From a virus (lineage: Duplodnaviria; Heunggongvirae; Uroviricota; Caudoviricetes), in IMG/VR virus record IMGVR_UViG_2651869785_000017: a stretch of 4,859 nt of DNA; one strand, 5' to 3'. Under the pieces are notes generated by a model. It had not been told where the DNA came from. It saw only the letters and a list, made by a program, of their open reading frames with translations, and ran no database searches. The translations under genes were made by a program, and so were the position numbers. Below, piece after piece: positions 4,725 to 4,859 of the stretch. The stretch's first letter is position 1; each line of letters opens with the position of its first letter.

Positions 4725-4859
4725 TCAGGCCAGCACACCAATTGCCAGCGCACGATCGATAAAACGAAATATCAACTCCAGCTGGGAGCCATACTTCTCT
4801 TCAAATGCCACGGTATCCGCATGCAGCTCGTCGTGATGCTTTCTGCACAAAGGCAACAC
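4725..4859 (-). CDS. C-terminal fragment of a lambdoid nin-region protein (possibly DUF1364/YbcO-like); gene runs off the window edge
   Basis: Open frame to the window edge ending ...LPLCRKHHDELHADTVAFEEKYGSQLELIFRFIDRALAIGVLA with stop at 4725-4727, 17 nt upstream of the Q start codon. The C..HDE motif and its position just before Q resemble YbcO-type proteins; family assignment is from memory only. Confidence 0.45.
   Translation of the reverse strand: MLPLCRKHHDELHADTVAFEEKYGSQLELIFRFIDRALAIGVLA

Noticed and set aside
1-4859. CRISPR arrays, IS elements, integrase or att sites
   Set aside because: No spaced direct repeats, no transposase- or integrase-like ORFs and no terminal inverted repeats are visible. 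The cassette boundaries show no obvious target-site duplication by eye.

Overview
This window reads as the Q-proximal late-regulatory region of a lambdoid prophage, probably in an enterobacterial (E. coli-like) genome, with a foreign AT-rich two-gene cassette inserted in it. All calls come from hand translation, hand folding and recalled family signatures; no searches or tools were run. On the minus strand, in order: the 3' end of a nin-region gene (4859-4725), a Q-family antiterminator (4707-4351), a small winged-helix ORF (1712-1515), an AraC/XylS-family regulator (1380-667), three tRNA genes (Ile-CAU 638-563, Arg-UCG-like 555-482, Arg-UCU 465-389) and an intrinsic terminator (373-350). The tRNA triplet matches the ileZ-argN-argO arrangement I recall downstream of Q in Stx phages, but no toxin gene follows it here. 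Between Q and the regulator/tRNA block, on the opposite strand, sits the cassette (1979-4371). Its first gene (1979-3154) encodes an N-terminal CxxC-x10-CxxC zinc ribbon fused to a YejK/NdpA-like (NA37) nucleoid-associated-protein domain. Its second gene (3157-4371) is translationally coupled and encodes a protein with two to three C-terminal transmembrane segments and no recognisable catalytic motif. I do not recognise this pair as a described system. The leading hypothesis is a prophage-carried moron encoding a nucleic-acid sensor plus membrane effector, i.e. a candidate abortive-infection or defence module. The cassette's 3' end overlaps the 3' end of Q by 21 bp, and its Arg/Ile codons are exactly those read by the adjacent tRNAs.
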